64,000 nucleotides of DNA. Origin: Raja brachyura (taxonomy: Eukaryota). The translations under genes and the position numbers were made by a program. The number at the start of each line of letters is the position of its first letter. The stretch's first letter is position 1. The notes beneath the pieces were generated by a model. The model searched no databases, was not told the origin of the DNA, and was given only the letters and a program-made list of their open reading frames with translations. Of the stretch, positions 36,480 through 50,197 are shown in pieces. The DNA lies in NCBI GenBank assembly GCA_963514005.1, contig OY740811.1:27838001-27902000 (forward strand), written 5' to 3'.

Positions 36480-37558
36480 GATGACTGTGGCCAGGTTTGC
36501 AGACGATGTGAATATAGGTGGTTACACAAAAAGCTGGAGAAACTCAGCGGGTGCAGCAGCATCTAAGGAGCGAAGGAGATAGGCGACGTTTCAGGTCGAG
36601 ACCCTTCATATAGGTGTACGGCCAAGTAGTCCAGAGGAAACGGAGTCCGTAGAAGGACTTGGGAGAGTGGGCACAGAAATGGCAGATGGAATACAGCGTG
36701 TGGCAAAGTGTGCGTTCATGTGTTAGTAGGAATAAGGGTGTAGACTATTTTTAAATGGGGAGAGGATTCAGAAATTGGAGGTGCAAATGTGCTTGGCAGC
36801 GCTGGTGCAGATTCCCAAAAGGTTAATTTGCAGGTTGAATCGGTAGTAAGGAAGACAAATGTAATGTTAGTATTAACTAGAATATAAAAGCAGGGATGTA
36901 ATGCTGAGGGGTGGAATGGGTGACGTTTCGGGTCGAGACCCTTGCAATGTGTCTATCTTCGATTTAAACCAGCATCTGCAGTTCCTCCCTACAAATGTAA
37001 TGCTGAGGCTTTATAAGACACTGGTCATTTGGAGTATTTGAAATAGATTTGAGCCCCATATCTGAGGAGAGATGTGCTGGCATTGGAGAAAGTCCAGAGG
37101 AGGTTTTCGAGACGATCCCGGGAATGATTGGGTTAAGGTATGAGAAGCATTTGAAGGCACTGCGCCTGTACTCGCTGGAGTTTAGAAAGATATGGGGTGG
37201 GGGAATCTCATTGAAACATGGAACAGTGAAAGGTCTGGATAGAGTGGATGTGGAGAGGATGTTTCCATTTGTGAGAGAGTCTAGGACCAGAGGGCACAGC
37301 CTCCAAATAAAAGGACGTATCTTTAGCAAGGATGTGAGGAGGAATTTCTTTAGCCAGAGGGTGGTGAATTTGTGGAATCTATGGCTAAAGTCATTGGGTA
37401 TTTTTCAACCAGCGATTGACAGGTTCTTGACTAATAAGGGTGTCAAAGGTTACGGGGACAAGGCAGGAGAATGGGGTACAAAAGGAAAAGATAGATCAGT
37501 CATGATTGAATAGCGTACTCAATGGGCCAAATGGCCTAATTTGTGCTCCTATGACTTG
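36480..37558 (+). mobile_element. CR1/HER1 LINE 3' fragment containing hammerhead element copy 4 (36521-36607)
   Basis: ORF 37049 (RTRGHSLQIK, RRNFFSQRVVNLWN). TSD atataggtg at 36512-36520 and 36608-36616. Confidence 0.85.
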
Positions 37559-38234
37559 TGAACATGGATTTAACCAGTTTTTCATTCCTGACATTGACAG
37601 GCCCGTACCAGCCAATAAATGTCAGATCTATCAGGAGCACAATGAACAATATGGCTGTGCTTTCATATGACAAAACTATTCAAATTGTTCAAAACTGCAA
37701 GGAGTCTTCTTACAAAACAAGTTGACATTTTAGAACACGTATGACCACTTGAGGCAGGGAAGCAAGCCTGGCTGGTGATTGCATGGTCTAAATCAGAGGA
37801 AAGAAAGTGTATGAAGTTCTTGAAAATGAAGAATTTAAGAAGAATTCTTGGATACGCAACAAACTGCAGGTGCTGAAATCTTGAGCAAAACACAAAGTGC
37901 TGTAGGAACTCAACAGGTCAGACAACATCTGTGGTGGGAATTTGATAGTTTAGAGTGAAAATCTAATGCCCAATGTATGAGTAGCCACTCCGACTAAGAA
38001 AGTTGCAGGGTTGGTTCCTCATCTTGATAAAAAATGTTATTTACATAATACATTTAACACAGGAACACATCCCACGTATTTTGAAAAGTTTTTATCCAGG
38101 TACTGACTCAACATCTTCAAAAGTATGTAAATAATGCATTTCATTCCATTGTGCATCACAGGAGTTCTGCATCTTCTAAGATTTCACTTTAGAGAAGAGT
38201 TATTAAACCAAACTCCATCTTACTCCACGTCTTT

Positions 38235-39450
38235 TGTTTTAATTATTCATTTTTGTGGATCTGGATGTCGCTCGCAAGGTCAATGGTTGCCCTCGAGAAG
38301 TGGTGGTGAGCCACCTTCTTCAAAATGCTGCAGTTCTTCTCACAAAGGAATTCTCGCAATACTTCTTGGTGGGGAGTTCAGGATTTAACTCCAATGATGA
38401 TGAAGAGACAGTGATATATTTCCAAGTCAGGATGGTGGGTATATTGGAAGGAAACATAGATACTGAGTTTGTAGGTAACTGAGCCCTTGCCCTTCTTGAC
38501 TTTAGATGCTACATGTTTAGTAAGTGCTAATGAAGTAGCCCAGGCAAGTAATTGTATGGTATTTTCCAGATTGGACACGCTACAGTCACTGGTGGATGGA
38601 ATGAAAGTTTAGGGTGGTTGTTGCGGTACCAATCAAATTAGCTATTTTATCTAGAATGCAGTACGGCATTTTCAGGAGAGTTGGATCCAGGCAAGTGGAG
38701 AACATTTCATCATACTCTTGAAATGTATGTTGGTAAAGGCTCTGGGATTTCAGTACTACAGAACACCCAGCCTTCAACCTGCTTTTGTAGCCATAGTGTA
38801 ATGTGATTGGTATAGTTCATCCATCCAGAGTTTGGATGAAGTCCCCCATCCCATCTGCATGCCAGAATGAGAGGACTTTAGTGTACCCTTATCTGCCTTT
38901 ATACTCCAGATGGAGGAATTCTGCAGACTCCCATCCAGAGTATGAGCTGTGCATTTGCTACTTTTGGTCTTCGTTCAAGTGTTGATCAATACAAGGAGCA
39001 AAAATTAATTAGCCAATTGTGAACGCTGAAGGTAATTTGGAGTTGCTTTCTATGCTCATGTTTGAATTGATCCCAGTCTTCATGTGGTCTGGAGTCAATG
39101 CTGAGGACTCCCTGAGCTAGTCAGCTGTGCTGCCCTTCTGATGGTTCTGTCGAACAGTGGTATAGGATGTTCTTAGGAAGACGTCTGGCACGGTGCCATG
39201 TATAATATTGTGATGACAATCACATTCGCTGTTGGCTAGTCTGTGAAACAGCTCTCCCAATTTCAAGAAACGTCCCCATATGAGGAGAACTTTGTGTCTA
39301 CCGAGCCAAGCAATTTTATAATGTCTGAATTTGATGTCCAGATCTGGTTTTATTCTTTCATTATTTCAATGTGATCCTTGTGATACAATAATCAGCCTGC
39401 TAGACGAATTTAGAGGGCATTCAAGAGTCAACCATATTATAGATCCACCA
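38235..39450 (-). mobile_element. Old non-LTR retrotransposon relic (family uncertain)
   Basis: ggtggtgagccaccttc...gatatatttccaagtcaggatgg...ccaggcaagtggag. Related fragments at ~16430-16790, ~25290-25395 and ~49230-49700. Confidence 0.5.
38585..38837 (+). repeat. 253-bp direct duplication, copy 1 (copy 2 at 39878-40130)
   Basis: The two copies differ at one position I could see. The ORF track gives twin 63-aa ORFs. Confidence 0.95.
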
Positions 39451-40914
39451 CAGACAAGACCTGAAATGCTGGAGTAACTCAGCGGGACAGGCATCATCTC
39501 TGGAGAGAAGGAATGGGAGGCGTTTTGGGTCAAGACCCTTCTTCAGAGGCAAAACGTTACCCATTCCTTCTCTCCAGAAATGCTGCCTGTCCCACTGAGT
39601 TACTCCAGCATGTGGTGTCTATCTTCAGTGTAAACAAGCATCTGCAGTTCCTTCCTGCACAGACCAGACCTGGCCAGGACACGAGTGAACCAGTTGGATT
39701 TTACGACAATCCAGTGTTATGGTCATCAGAATAATATTTGTTTTACTTTGAATTCCATATTATTAACTAAACTTGAATTCCGCAGTTGTCTTGTTGGATT
39801 TTATATTTCCATGTTTGGGCTTATTGTCCAGATCCCTGTATTACGTATAAAATAATTTAATTGCTGCACCACCACCCGTCACTGGTGGATGGAATGAACG
39901 TTTAGGGTGGTTGTTGCGGTACCAATCAAATTAGCTATTTTATCTAGAATGCAGTACGGCATTTTCAGGAGAGTTGGATCCAGGCAAGTGGAGAACATTT
40001 CATCATACTCTTGAAATGTATGTTGGTAAAGGCTCTGGGATTTCAGTACTACAGAACACCCAGCCTTCAACCTGCTTTTGTAGCCATAGTGTAATGTGAT
40101 TGGTATAGTTCATCCATCCAGAGTTTGGATCCTAAAGTATCCTAAAGAGTCTCATCAAACTAAATGTTTCTGTATCCACACCATTTCAAAAGAAAAGATT
40201 GCCTACCTATTAATCTCAATTATAATGTTGGTCTTGCAAGATATACTTGAGAAAGCCATACTATGTAATTGTCAAGTAAAAGTGAGTGTATTTTATAAAT
40301 AATTAATTTTCTGTTAACTCTCCTAGGAAATCCTGAGGATGTGATCAGTATCACAAGATTATTTTCAAGTATTTATCTGCAGCATGAAGCAAATAGCAAG
40401 GTTGTTTGATAATTAAACATATAAACAGATTATGCAAAAATATTTGCTGTGATTCCAAAACACTGTTTAAAGTTTACATTGAGAACATGTACCCTTTTAT
40501 CTCAGTTCAATATGTGGTACATTTTATGCTCTCTTCTGTTTCAATTCCTGATAACTGCTGCATATTTTACATAATTTGGAAATAAATTATCCTTATCTAA
40601 TTACTGCAACCACCTAACATTTAATGCAAACACAAGGAAGCACTGCATATTAGAATGAAATTAGCACAACTTAATTTAATTCAGAACAAAATTAAAGAGT
40701 TCAAACAAAAAACTCCAAAGGCTTTGGCCAGAAAATGGAACAAATCAAAAACATTTCATTGATAGTTCTAAAAGTTTATAGGACCTTAGTGATACAATGT
40801 TATTGACAATACAGTAGTTAATCTGGACAGACTTGCATATGCAACAAGATAACCTAATTTATTTCACTTGCAGTAAGTAACAAAGAAATGTTGGACATAA
40901 CATCAAGAGAATGC

Positions 40915-41130
40915 CAATTAGGCTCCACCTCCATCCTCTTCTCCGCTACGTGATGACTGCATTGGTGCTGCCTTATGCACCCATGCAGAACTCATCAATT
41001 TCATCAATCACCGCATACTTCCATCTTCCTCTCAAATTCATATGGACCATTTCTGACACCTCTCTCCCCTTTCTTGATCTGTTTCCATCTCAGGTAACAA
41101 ATTATCCGCTGATATCTACAACAAACCCAT
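40915..41130 (+). mobile_element. Penelope-like RT fragment
   Basis: ttctccgctacgtgatgactgcattggtgctgcc is a degraded FRYIDDCIGA, followed by LKFIWTISDTSLPFLDL. Confidence 0.7.
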
Positions 41131-42169
41131 TCTATCCCACAGCTCCTTTATTCAACATCAATCACACTAGTTGCTGTTCACTTTCATACCAGTCCTTGTA
41201 ACTTTCACTTGTTAGCCGCTAAGGACAGTGGAAGCATGCCCTGTGCTGCAATATCTTCAGCAGATAGGTGCAGATGGGAACCAACATACTAGACAATGTC
41301 CACGCTGAGTTAACTTTAAACATTGAAGTGCTTGTTTATAAGATATTGTACACAGCAACATAATTTCCACTGCAAAATTATATACACCTTAAATGATAAA
41401 TCAGGCGTGAAAGTATACCATATTCCATCATTTTACTTGCTAGTGCTGTGGTGGCCCCCCAGTATAGAATACTATGGGAATCCTCACAGTAATTTATGGA
41501 CCATAGAGTGTTCACCAAAGCAGCAGGAATATGGATGTATTCTTCACTCCCTTTCCTAGAGGCATTGTTTCCAAAGCACCATGTTATGCTCCATCTTACA
41601 CTAAATGAATAACAGAGGGCGACTTTCAGACATGCTACTCACGAGTCCACCACTAGGAGGTGTGAGAGAACTTTAGTTTTCCAATGTTTTGTTTTTCACT
41701 GATACATTATATTTTTATTTCTCTCTTCATCCCTTTGCGTTCCCCTTCTTCTGTTTACATGTCCTCCAGAGAGACCATCCAGGATTGAAAAATCTTCACC
41801 CCCCCTAGTCAGTATCATATACCACGTGTCATTCCGTCTTTCTTGGTCAGCACAAACATTCCCTTTGTTCTCTCCATGCTTCCCACTGCTCTTCAAATTA
41901 TTTCTAGTGTATTTCTGATGAGCAGACATCAAACTGAAACTGTCTCTCTCCTCAGAAGCTGCTGAATGTTTCCACCATTCTGCTTTCATTTCTGATTTCC
42001 AGCATCTGCAGTTTTGTTTTGCTTTTGGAGTGTGAGAACAAACCAATGCCATGGGGATTGACAATTTAAAACAGTGCACATTCTTTGGAAAGAATCTCAT
42101 CATAAATATCCCAAAGATTTTCACATCAAAGGTCAGGCCCAGCATATTCTAGTAAGGAGAAGGGACACG

Positions 42170-43620
42170 GTTGGCAAGATAGGGAACGTGATGACGAGAG
42201 AAGTAGTAAATTTGCTCAAAAAGAAAAAATGATGCATATTTAAGGACAAGGAAGTTGAAATTAGTCATGACTTTTGAGGAATATAAAGAAAGTGGGAAAT
42301 AATTTAAGCAGGGAATTAGGAAGCCCAGAATGGGCCATGAAATGTCCTTGCAAATAGAATTAATGAGAATCCCAAGACTTTTTCTATATGTATTAAAAAC
42401 AAGAGGGTAACTAGGGAGAGGGTAGAACCACTCAAGAATAGAGGGAATTTCTGCTTGGAGCCAAAGGATGTAAGTGAGATACTAAACAAATACTTTGCAT
42501 CGGTATTCGCCAAGGAGAAGGACATGGAGAACAGTGGGATCAGCGTTGTGCATACTAATATGTTTGACCATTTGAGCAAGGAGGAGGTGGTGTTTGGTCT
42601 CTTGAAGAGCATTGTGAATAAGCCCCAGGGCCTGATGGGATCTATCCCAGTTTATCGAGAAAGGCAAGAGAGGAGATTGCTGGAGCCTCAACAAAGATCT
42701 TTGTATCCTCTCTAACCACCAGCAAGGTCCCAGAGATCAAGAGAATAGCCAATGTTGTTCCTTTGCTTAAAAAGAGAAATAAGGATAATTCAGGAAACCA
42801 TAGAATGATGAGCCTCACATAAGTGATAGGAGAGCTAATGGAGAGGATTCTTAGGAATAGCATTTACATGCATTGGAACAGAACTACGAACTAGGGACTC
42901 TTGGTTGCACCAGGGACTTTGGGATTTTGTTTTTGCACTAATAGTGCTTTGTTTTTAATTTATTGAACTTAAAAAAAAATTGTTTTATGAATACTGTGTT
43001 TACGGACCTATTATGCTGCATGTAAGAATTACATTTTCAATAGATATGACAGTTAAACGCACTTGACTCATGAGAATGGGCTAACAACAGGCAGTCAGCA
43101 TGGTTTGTCCAAGGCATGTTATGCCTTACGAAGGTGACTTGAGTGTTTTTGAGGAGACAACGGAGGTGAACGATGATTAGGAAGGATGTAGAGGCTTTGG
43201 AGGACAGAAGAATGCTGACCAGAATTAGATGGCATTAGGTATACAGAGAAATTGGACAAACATGGATTGTTTTCTCTGGACGTTTGGAGGCTGAGGGGAG
43301 ACCTGACAGAAGTAATAATTTAATTGTTCTATTTTCAGTACATATTGCAACTAAACATTTTAAATTATGGTAGCCACAGATCAGGCAGCAATCAAGAGTC
43401 TTCTCCCCAGGGTGTGGTAGATGCTTAGAATTGGCTACCAGCGGTGATGGTTAATGCAAATATGATAGTGGCATTTAAAGTGCTTTTAGAAAGGCTTATC
43501 AATGTACAGATAACGGAAGGATATGGCTCACATGCAGGCAGAAGGAATCCAGTTAATTTGACATCATGATCGACACAAACACTGTAGGCCAAAGGGCCTG
43601 TTCCTATGCTGCACTGTTTT
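42170..43620 (+). mobile_element. Degraded CR1 LINE fragments
   Basis: SEILNKYFASVF (ORF 42455), ANVVPL.KK-like sequence, and a CR1-like tail near 43600. Confidence 0.75.
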
Positions 43621-46348
43621 CATATCTTTTCTTGTTTTTTGTTAAGCTAGATTTTCTGAATGCTGAAACTGTAATGTCAACCTTGATTACGGGTTGGTGT
43701 AAATAAAATGATGGAAAGTAGGTTTGCCTTGAGGCATGTTTGAAATATCCTGGCAAAAAATTGAGGAGGAGTACGATTGGTAGAAATAAATATTTTATTG
43801 AATAGACAGCAAAAAACTGTCCGCAAAAGATGTGATTTGTTGTAGTACCCAGAGTGAGAAGACTGTAATTCCGTAAGGTATCCTGTAAATCTGAAACAAA
43901 CTCATATAACCTTTGCCAGTAATGGCATCATACTTAAAGCCACTGTATAATCTCATTCAAATTCCTGCCAAGGATTGCATTTACCAGATGGATGATCGTG
44001 AACAGCAACAAGCCTCTACGCACGCTGTAGGTTTTTATTTATTTCTTGACTGTTCTCAAAGTGGTCTGAAAAAGAGCAGCACATACTGTGGCAGGCTTCA
44101 AGATGCCCTACCTTATTTTGTGCTATTACATTGGGTTCAGTACAACAAATATTCAATTCACAGAGATACATTCAAAAGAATGAAAATTATAAAAAGAAAC
44201 ACTGGACTAATAATCTGATCACTTTGGATACTGACCAATTAGTTTCTGAATTATAAAAAGCAGTTTGATGAATTATTGTGGAAACTTGTTCCACCAGAAA
44301 ATCTGCAGTATCAACTTGTCCTCAAGGTGAACTCCCTCTATCTGAATTTTAGTTTAGACTAAAATATAAAATCTACTTTTATTGGTATTCCTTCTGACTT
44401 AGTGGGTATGGAAACTACTCATCATACTAGGAAGCCACTTATGGTCATCCTCAAACCCTGGTCTCAGTTAGCTGATCTTAACTGGGACATGCAGCGGGAG
44501 TGCTACAATTAATACTGTATGTACTGTTTACGCTCAAACTTCTTTCACTTGTTTATTCAGCGCAGGAAGGGTTAAACAGAGGATGCATATTAATCAACTC
44601 TGATTTCCATTCCCGTTTTTTCAATAGGCAATTACTCTTGTTTCTGTTCACCTGATATTGCCAGATTGATCTGGGTTAGAGCAGTAATACAGCCAACAGA
44701 CAGACAGAAACAAGAACACTGCCTCAGTCATCAGCATCTGCATCTTACTACCACTATCACTTACATAATTCTTTACTAGATAGAAAACATTCCTCAAATG
44801 CCAAGGAACACTGAGCAAATTGAAATTTTGGAAATATACATATGTGCAAACAAATAATTGATTGTTAAATTTGTTCTGTTGGAAAAGTGTTTTGCTTTAT
44901 TGAATTACTCTGATTCATGACTGCCAATCACACCTTTGTTAACAAATCATAAAAGTGATTCTTGTGAAAAAAAACTGCATCTAAAACTTACACAGCTAGT
45001 GTTTCTACAGAGATTATTGTGATAATAACTGATAACTTTAGTAAAATCAGTGTGGACATTTTACAGCAAAAGAGTAAAGTGTGTACACATAATTTTTCTT
45101 AGCTCTGTCAGTTTTTTTAGGTAACAATTGTGAATATTTAAGAAAGAATGAACAAATTGCTTGTTAATGGTAATTAGTTTCTCCTTCTGAGGCAGTCCTC
45201 AGGATTGAGTGGCCTGTTTTTGTGGTGCACTGAAGTGACTGATGAGTCCAATGGAGGAAACCATGGACTCTTTTAAAGATTGGCCTTGCAGGGTAGATAT
45301 CAGATTTGAAGGGCTTCTATGTTCGCAACGTATGGCCTTAAATTTCTCAAGACCTGCCCGAATGCTCCTTCTCAACTTCGAATGGTTACATGCCGGACAC
45401 TCCCAAGATTCAGCTCCGATGTCGCATTTTTCTTTCATGGAGGTTTGAGCTCATCCTAGAATCTTTTTCTTAATCTCCCTGTAAATCCATTTTAATTATT
45501 ATTGTTTCAGAAGTCCCGTGTCAAGCATTTGAATTACGTGATCTGCTCAACGTAGGTAAATTAATATTGTGGGTCCTCTGTGCCAGAGATGTTGGTCTGG
45601 GAAATGGAGAGAGAGAGAGAGGGGGGGAGGAAGAGTGAGAGAGATGCACACAATTTTAACACCCTTTTATTCACGGATTTTCAGAATTTTCCCTCAGATT
45701 TACAGACCAAGAAATGGCAAGGGAGCAGTCCATGAGGGTGAAATCCCTAACAAGTAGAGCCAGTTACTGACACCTTCATCAACAGCTGAATATCTGAAAG
45801 TTACCCGCTAGATTCTGTTTGCGAGAGCACTACGAGTAGTGATTCACTCTCATCCCGATTAAACAAATCCAAAGCAAGAAATGATTAAATATAATAGAGA
45901 CGGTAGGCCTGCTGCTGAAAAGCATTGAAGTTTGGACCCTGCCAAGAACAAACCTCATGAGAATGTAAAGCATGTGAACACAATCTCAAATCAAAATGAA
46001 TTATAAAGTACAAATATCTGGAGGAATTTCAAATTTGCCATTGTTTCATGGATTAGATACTGGAACTCATTCACGTTTTTAATACATTTCTTATTACTTG
46101 AGGACAAGCAAATGAGTTCTTCACTCATTATTAAGTCAAAGTTAATCAAGTTATGTATTACATGCTGGTTTGTAGGAGCTAGTTTTGCATAAGGTTAGTG
46201 CTCCTTTTCTCCTGCTCCTAGAGAACAACAGTGGCCATGCAGCATATGTATTTCAGAGGGGGCAAATGCTTTGGGAGGCTCTGAAGCCATGAAATGTGGA
46301 TAAAGTGGAACTTGTACATGCAGTGTATTTGGATTTCCAAAAGATATT

Positions 46349-47703
46349 CTGAGGGATAGGATCTACAGGCATTTGGATGGGCAAGGGCTGATTAGGAATA
46401 GTCAGCATGGTTTTGTACGTGGGAGGTCGTGTCTCACAAATAATATTGATTTTTGTGAAGACGTGACCAAAAAGGTTGATGAGGGCAGAGCTGTAGATGT
46501 TGTGTACATGGACTTCAGTAAGGCGTTCGACCAGGTTCCGCATGGTAGGTTGCTCTGGAAGGTTAGATCGCATGGGATCCAAGGAGAGATAGCTGAAAAG
46601 GATAGCAAATTGGCTCCATGGAAGGATGTAGACAGAGGGTAATGGTGGAAGGTTGCTTCTCTGACTGGATGCCTGTGACTAGTGGTGTGCCTCAGGGTTC
46701 GGTGTTAGACCCATTACTGTATGTCTTCTACATCAATGATTTGGATGAGAACATACTGTACAGGGCAAGATTAGTATGTTTGCTGATGATACAAAAGTTA
46801 GTGGTTTTGCAGATAGCGAAGATGGTTGTGAACGATTGCAGCAGGATCTGCAGGGTCGATTGGCCAGGTAGGCAGAGGAATGGATGATGGAATTTAATAC
46901 AGAGAAGTGTGAGGTGTTGCATTTTGGAATGTTGAACAAGGGCAGGACCTACACAGTAAATGGTAGACTTCTGGGTAGTGTTGTAGAGCAGAGGAATCTA
47001 GGAGTACAGGTGCATGGTTCCTTGAAAGTCGAGTCGCAGGTAGATAAGGTGCTCAAAAAGGCTTTTGGCACTTTGATCTTCATCAGTCAGAGTATTAAGT
47101 ATAGAAGATGGGAGGTTATGACGCAGTTGTACAACACGTTGGTGAGACCGGATTTAGAATATTGTGCTCAGTTCTGGGCACCATGTTATAGGAGAGATAT
47201 TGTTAAGCTTGAAAGGGTTCAGAAAGGATTTACGAGGATGTTGCCAGGATTAGAGGGTGTGAGTTATAGGGAGATGTTGAGCAGACTGGGTCTCTATTCC
47301 ATGGAGCACAGAGGGTGAGGGGAGATCTTATAGAGGTATACAAAATCATGAGAGGAATAGATCGGGTAGATGCACAGTCTTTTGCCCAGAGTAGAGTAAT
47401 CGAGGATCACAGGACATAGGTTCAAGGTGAAGGGGAAAAGATTTAATAGGAATCAGAGGGGTAGCTTTTTCACAAAAAGGGTGGTGGGTGCATGGACAAG
47501 GTGCCAGAGGAGGTAGTTGAGGCTGGGATTATCCCATCATTTGAGAAACAGTTAGACAGGTACATGGATAGGACAGGTTTGGAGAGATATGGACCAAGCG
47601 CAGGCAAGTGGGACTAGTGTAGCTGGGACATTGTTGGCCGGTGTGGGCGAGTTGGGCCGAAGGGCCTGTTTTCACACTGTATCACTCTATGACTCTATGA
47701 ATC
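46349..47703 (+). mobile_element. Relatively young CR1/HER1 LINE, 5'-truncated
   Basis: QHGFVRGRSCLTN, YMDFSKAFD, SGVPQGSVL, LEYCAQFW and an (actctatg)n tail. Confidence 0.92.
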
Positions 47704-50197
47704 TAAGAGGAATTTGTAGATGCAGTGTATTTAGATTTCCAAAAGATATTTGATAAGAACCCTCATAATAGGTTACTGCACAATATAAGATCACACAGGG
47801 TTGGGTTAATATATTGGCATGGACAAGGGTGTGGCTAACTAGTAGAAAACAGAGATACAAGTAGAAAACAGAGACCCAGAGATACATGGGGTCATTTTCT
47901 GATTTACAATTCTTATTTATGGAGTGCCACATGGACCAATGTTGGGTCCTCAACTATGTACAATCTATTTTGATGACAGATGAAGGGACAGAATGTAACA
48001 TAGAAAAATAGGTGGGATTTAGATAGGCACATGGATGTGCAGGGAATGGAGGGATATTGATCTTGTGCAGGCAGATGAGATTAGTTTATCTTGGCATCAT
48101 GTTTGGCACAGTTCTGTGTTCTATAATCTAGGTCCTAAAGATTTATTACGTCTTTGCACAGGCTGACTGACTACAGTAATGGAGACAAACTTGAGGTACT
48201 CAATATGAGCAAAGTGGCTAAAAGGATCTCTCAAAGTATTGTAAACACTTGGAATAAAGATACCACATTTTTCAAATGGAAAATAAGAAATACTTGAAGC
48301 ATGTCATGTTGGGAGAAAATATTAGCACTAGGAATGTTTACAAATTGTGCTATGAAGGCAATGGACAAAATTACATCCTTCTAAACTATAACCTTCTATT
48401 CTACTGTGATTCCGAAGGATAGAAGCAGCAGAGGAACAAAGTAAATTTGCAAAGCTGTATTACTGCTGCCAATTATTTTTAAACACATTTATAATATGGA
48501 ATGGTAATAATACCTGGAATAAATTGAAAATTCATTTCCTAACATGTCGACCTTTACAATGTGTACATTGTGTAAAATCACAGCCAAACCTAAATTCAAA
48601 ACAAGGCATACCTGTCTACTTCAAGGAGTATCACTTTGGTTCATTCCAGTTTTACTGGATTCAGTCTCTAGATTTAGGCTTCATTTATCAGATACAAACA
48701 CAATGGTGTAATTATAACTATTTCAGCCCAAACACCTAAATTAGCTTTAGGCCTTTTCTAAAGTGTATAAACATGTTTCAAAGTAAAATACCAGAAACAC
48801 CAGTAATCTGAAAAGGAACAAGAAAGTGCGGGAATTAGCTAGCAGATCCAACAGCATTTATGATGATGTGAAATGTTAATTCAGTTTCTATCTCCACAGT
48901 TGCTGTCTAACCTGTTAATTAATTCCAGCACAACCTGACACACTCTTGCATGAATCAGCATTTAACCAGCTATTGAACTGTTGTGTAAAATGTTAAGATT
49001 AAATTGAGCAGCGTTTTATTTTTGGTTCTGGCTGTAAAGAAAATGTAATATAATGGTGATTTTGAATGTCGTGTTGAGTATTTCTCATGAATTTGAAGCT
49101 GAGATGCATACAATGAAGGTGATCACATAATACTGTTAGGTAGCAGTCCACGATTTTTACAGTGATGAGAAAGCAGCGTAGATATAGTTCCAAGTTAAAT
49201 GTGTATGTGCTCCATACAGGCTTACTTGCTGCTCTTGTCCCAAATGGTAAAAGCACCAGGTTAGCTATTGGTAAATTAGATTTTGAAGTTCTGCTAAAAT
49301 GTTGGAAGAGGAGGAAATCATCATTGTTGTGGATGAGATGTAATCAAAACCATGCTGTTATGTCCTGAATGACGGCAAGCTTTCTGAACATTGCTATAAC
49401 TGCACTTGTCCACTATAGTGTAGAATATTCCATATGTTCCCAAGTTATGCTTCATGGACAGTAAAAATGTGTTGTGTATCTTGCTACAGAATGCTCAGCC
49501 TTTAATGTGCTCTTATAGCCAGAGTAATTATCTGTCTGGTCACGCAGCTTTAAAATCACTAGTGGCGCACAGGATGTACATGGTAAGATATTTTAGCAAA
49601 ACTGTTTAATGTAATGGGAAGCAGTTAGACACTCCTTAATTCATGACAGACACTCCTCAATTCATGACTGACACTCCTTCTAATCACTTGTATGGCACAA
49701 ATGTTACTTGCAACATTTCAGCTGAAATAGGAATGCAATTTAGTTATTTCTGTACACTGGCACTGACACCCTCATCACTTGATCTTACTTGAAAAGAAAG
49801 ATAATTAGTCTCTTACTCAAAGCAGGACCACTCATTACCATCTCCTCCAGTGCTCCTTCCCTCCCTTTGTGCAGTAGTAGGCAAGGATTTTGTCTACATT
49901 CTGGCCAAGCTGTGAAGGATTTTCTTTGCATTGTACAGGAATACATCTCCACAGTAATCCAGGCATTGAAAGCATTGCTCTAATACGGTAAAGTGGTACA
50001 GTACAGGAGCCAGACAGTAGACATATTTGCCAGAAGAGACAGGAGGAGAATCAGATACTATCTGCATTATTTTGTAGAACATGACTCTTATCGGAAGAAT
50101 ACATTGTGTTGTACTGAGTAAGGAGCCAGGTCTAAAGACAACTACATTGATTCCCCATCAGACATCTATTGGACTGGAGTGATGGCTGAAATATAAT

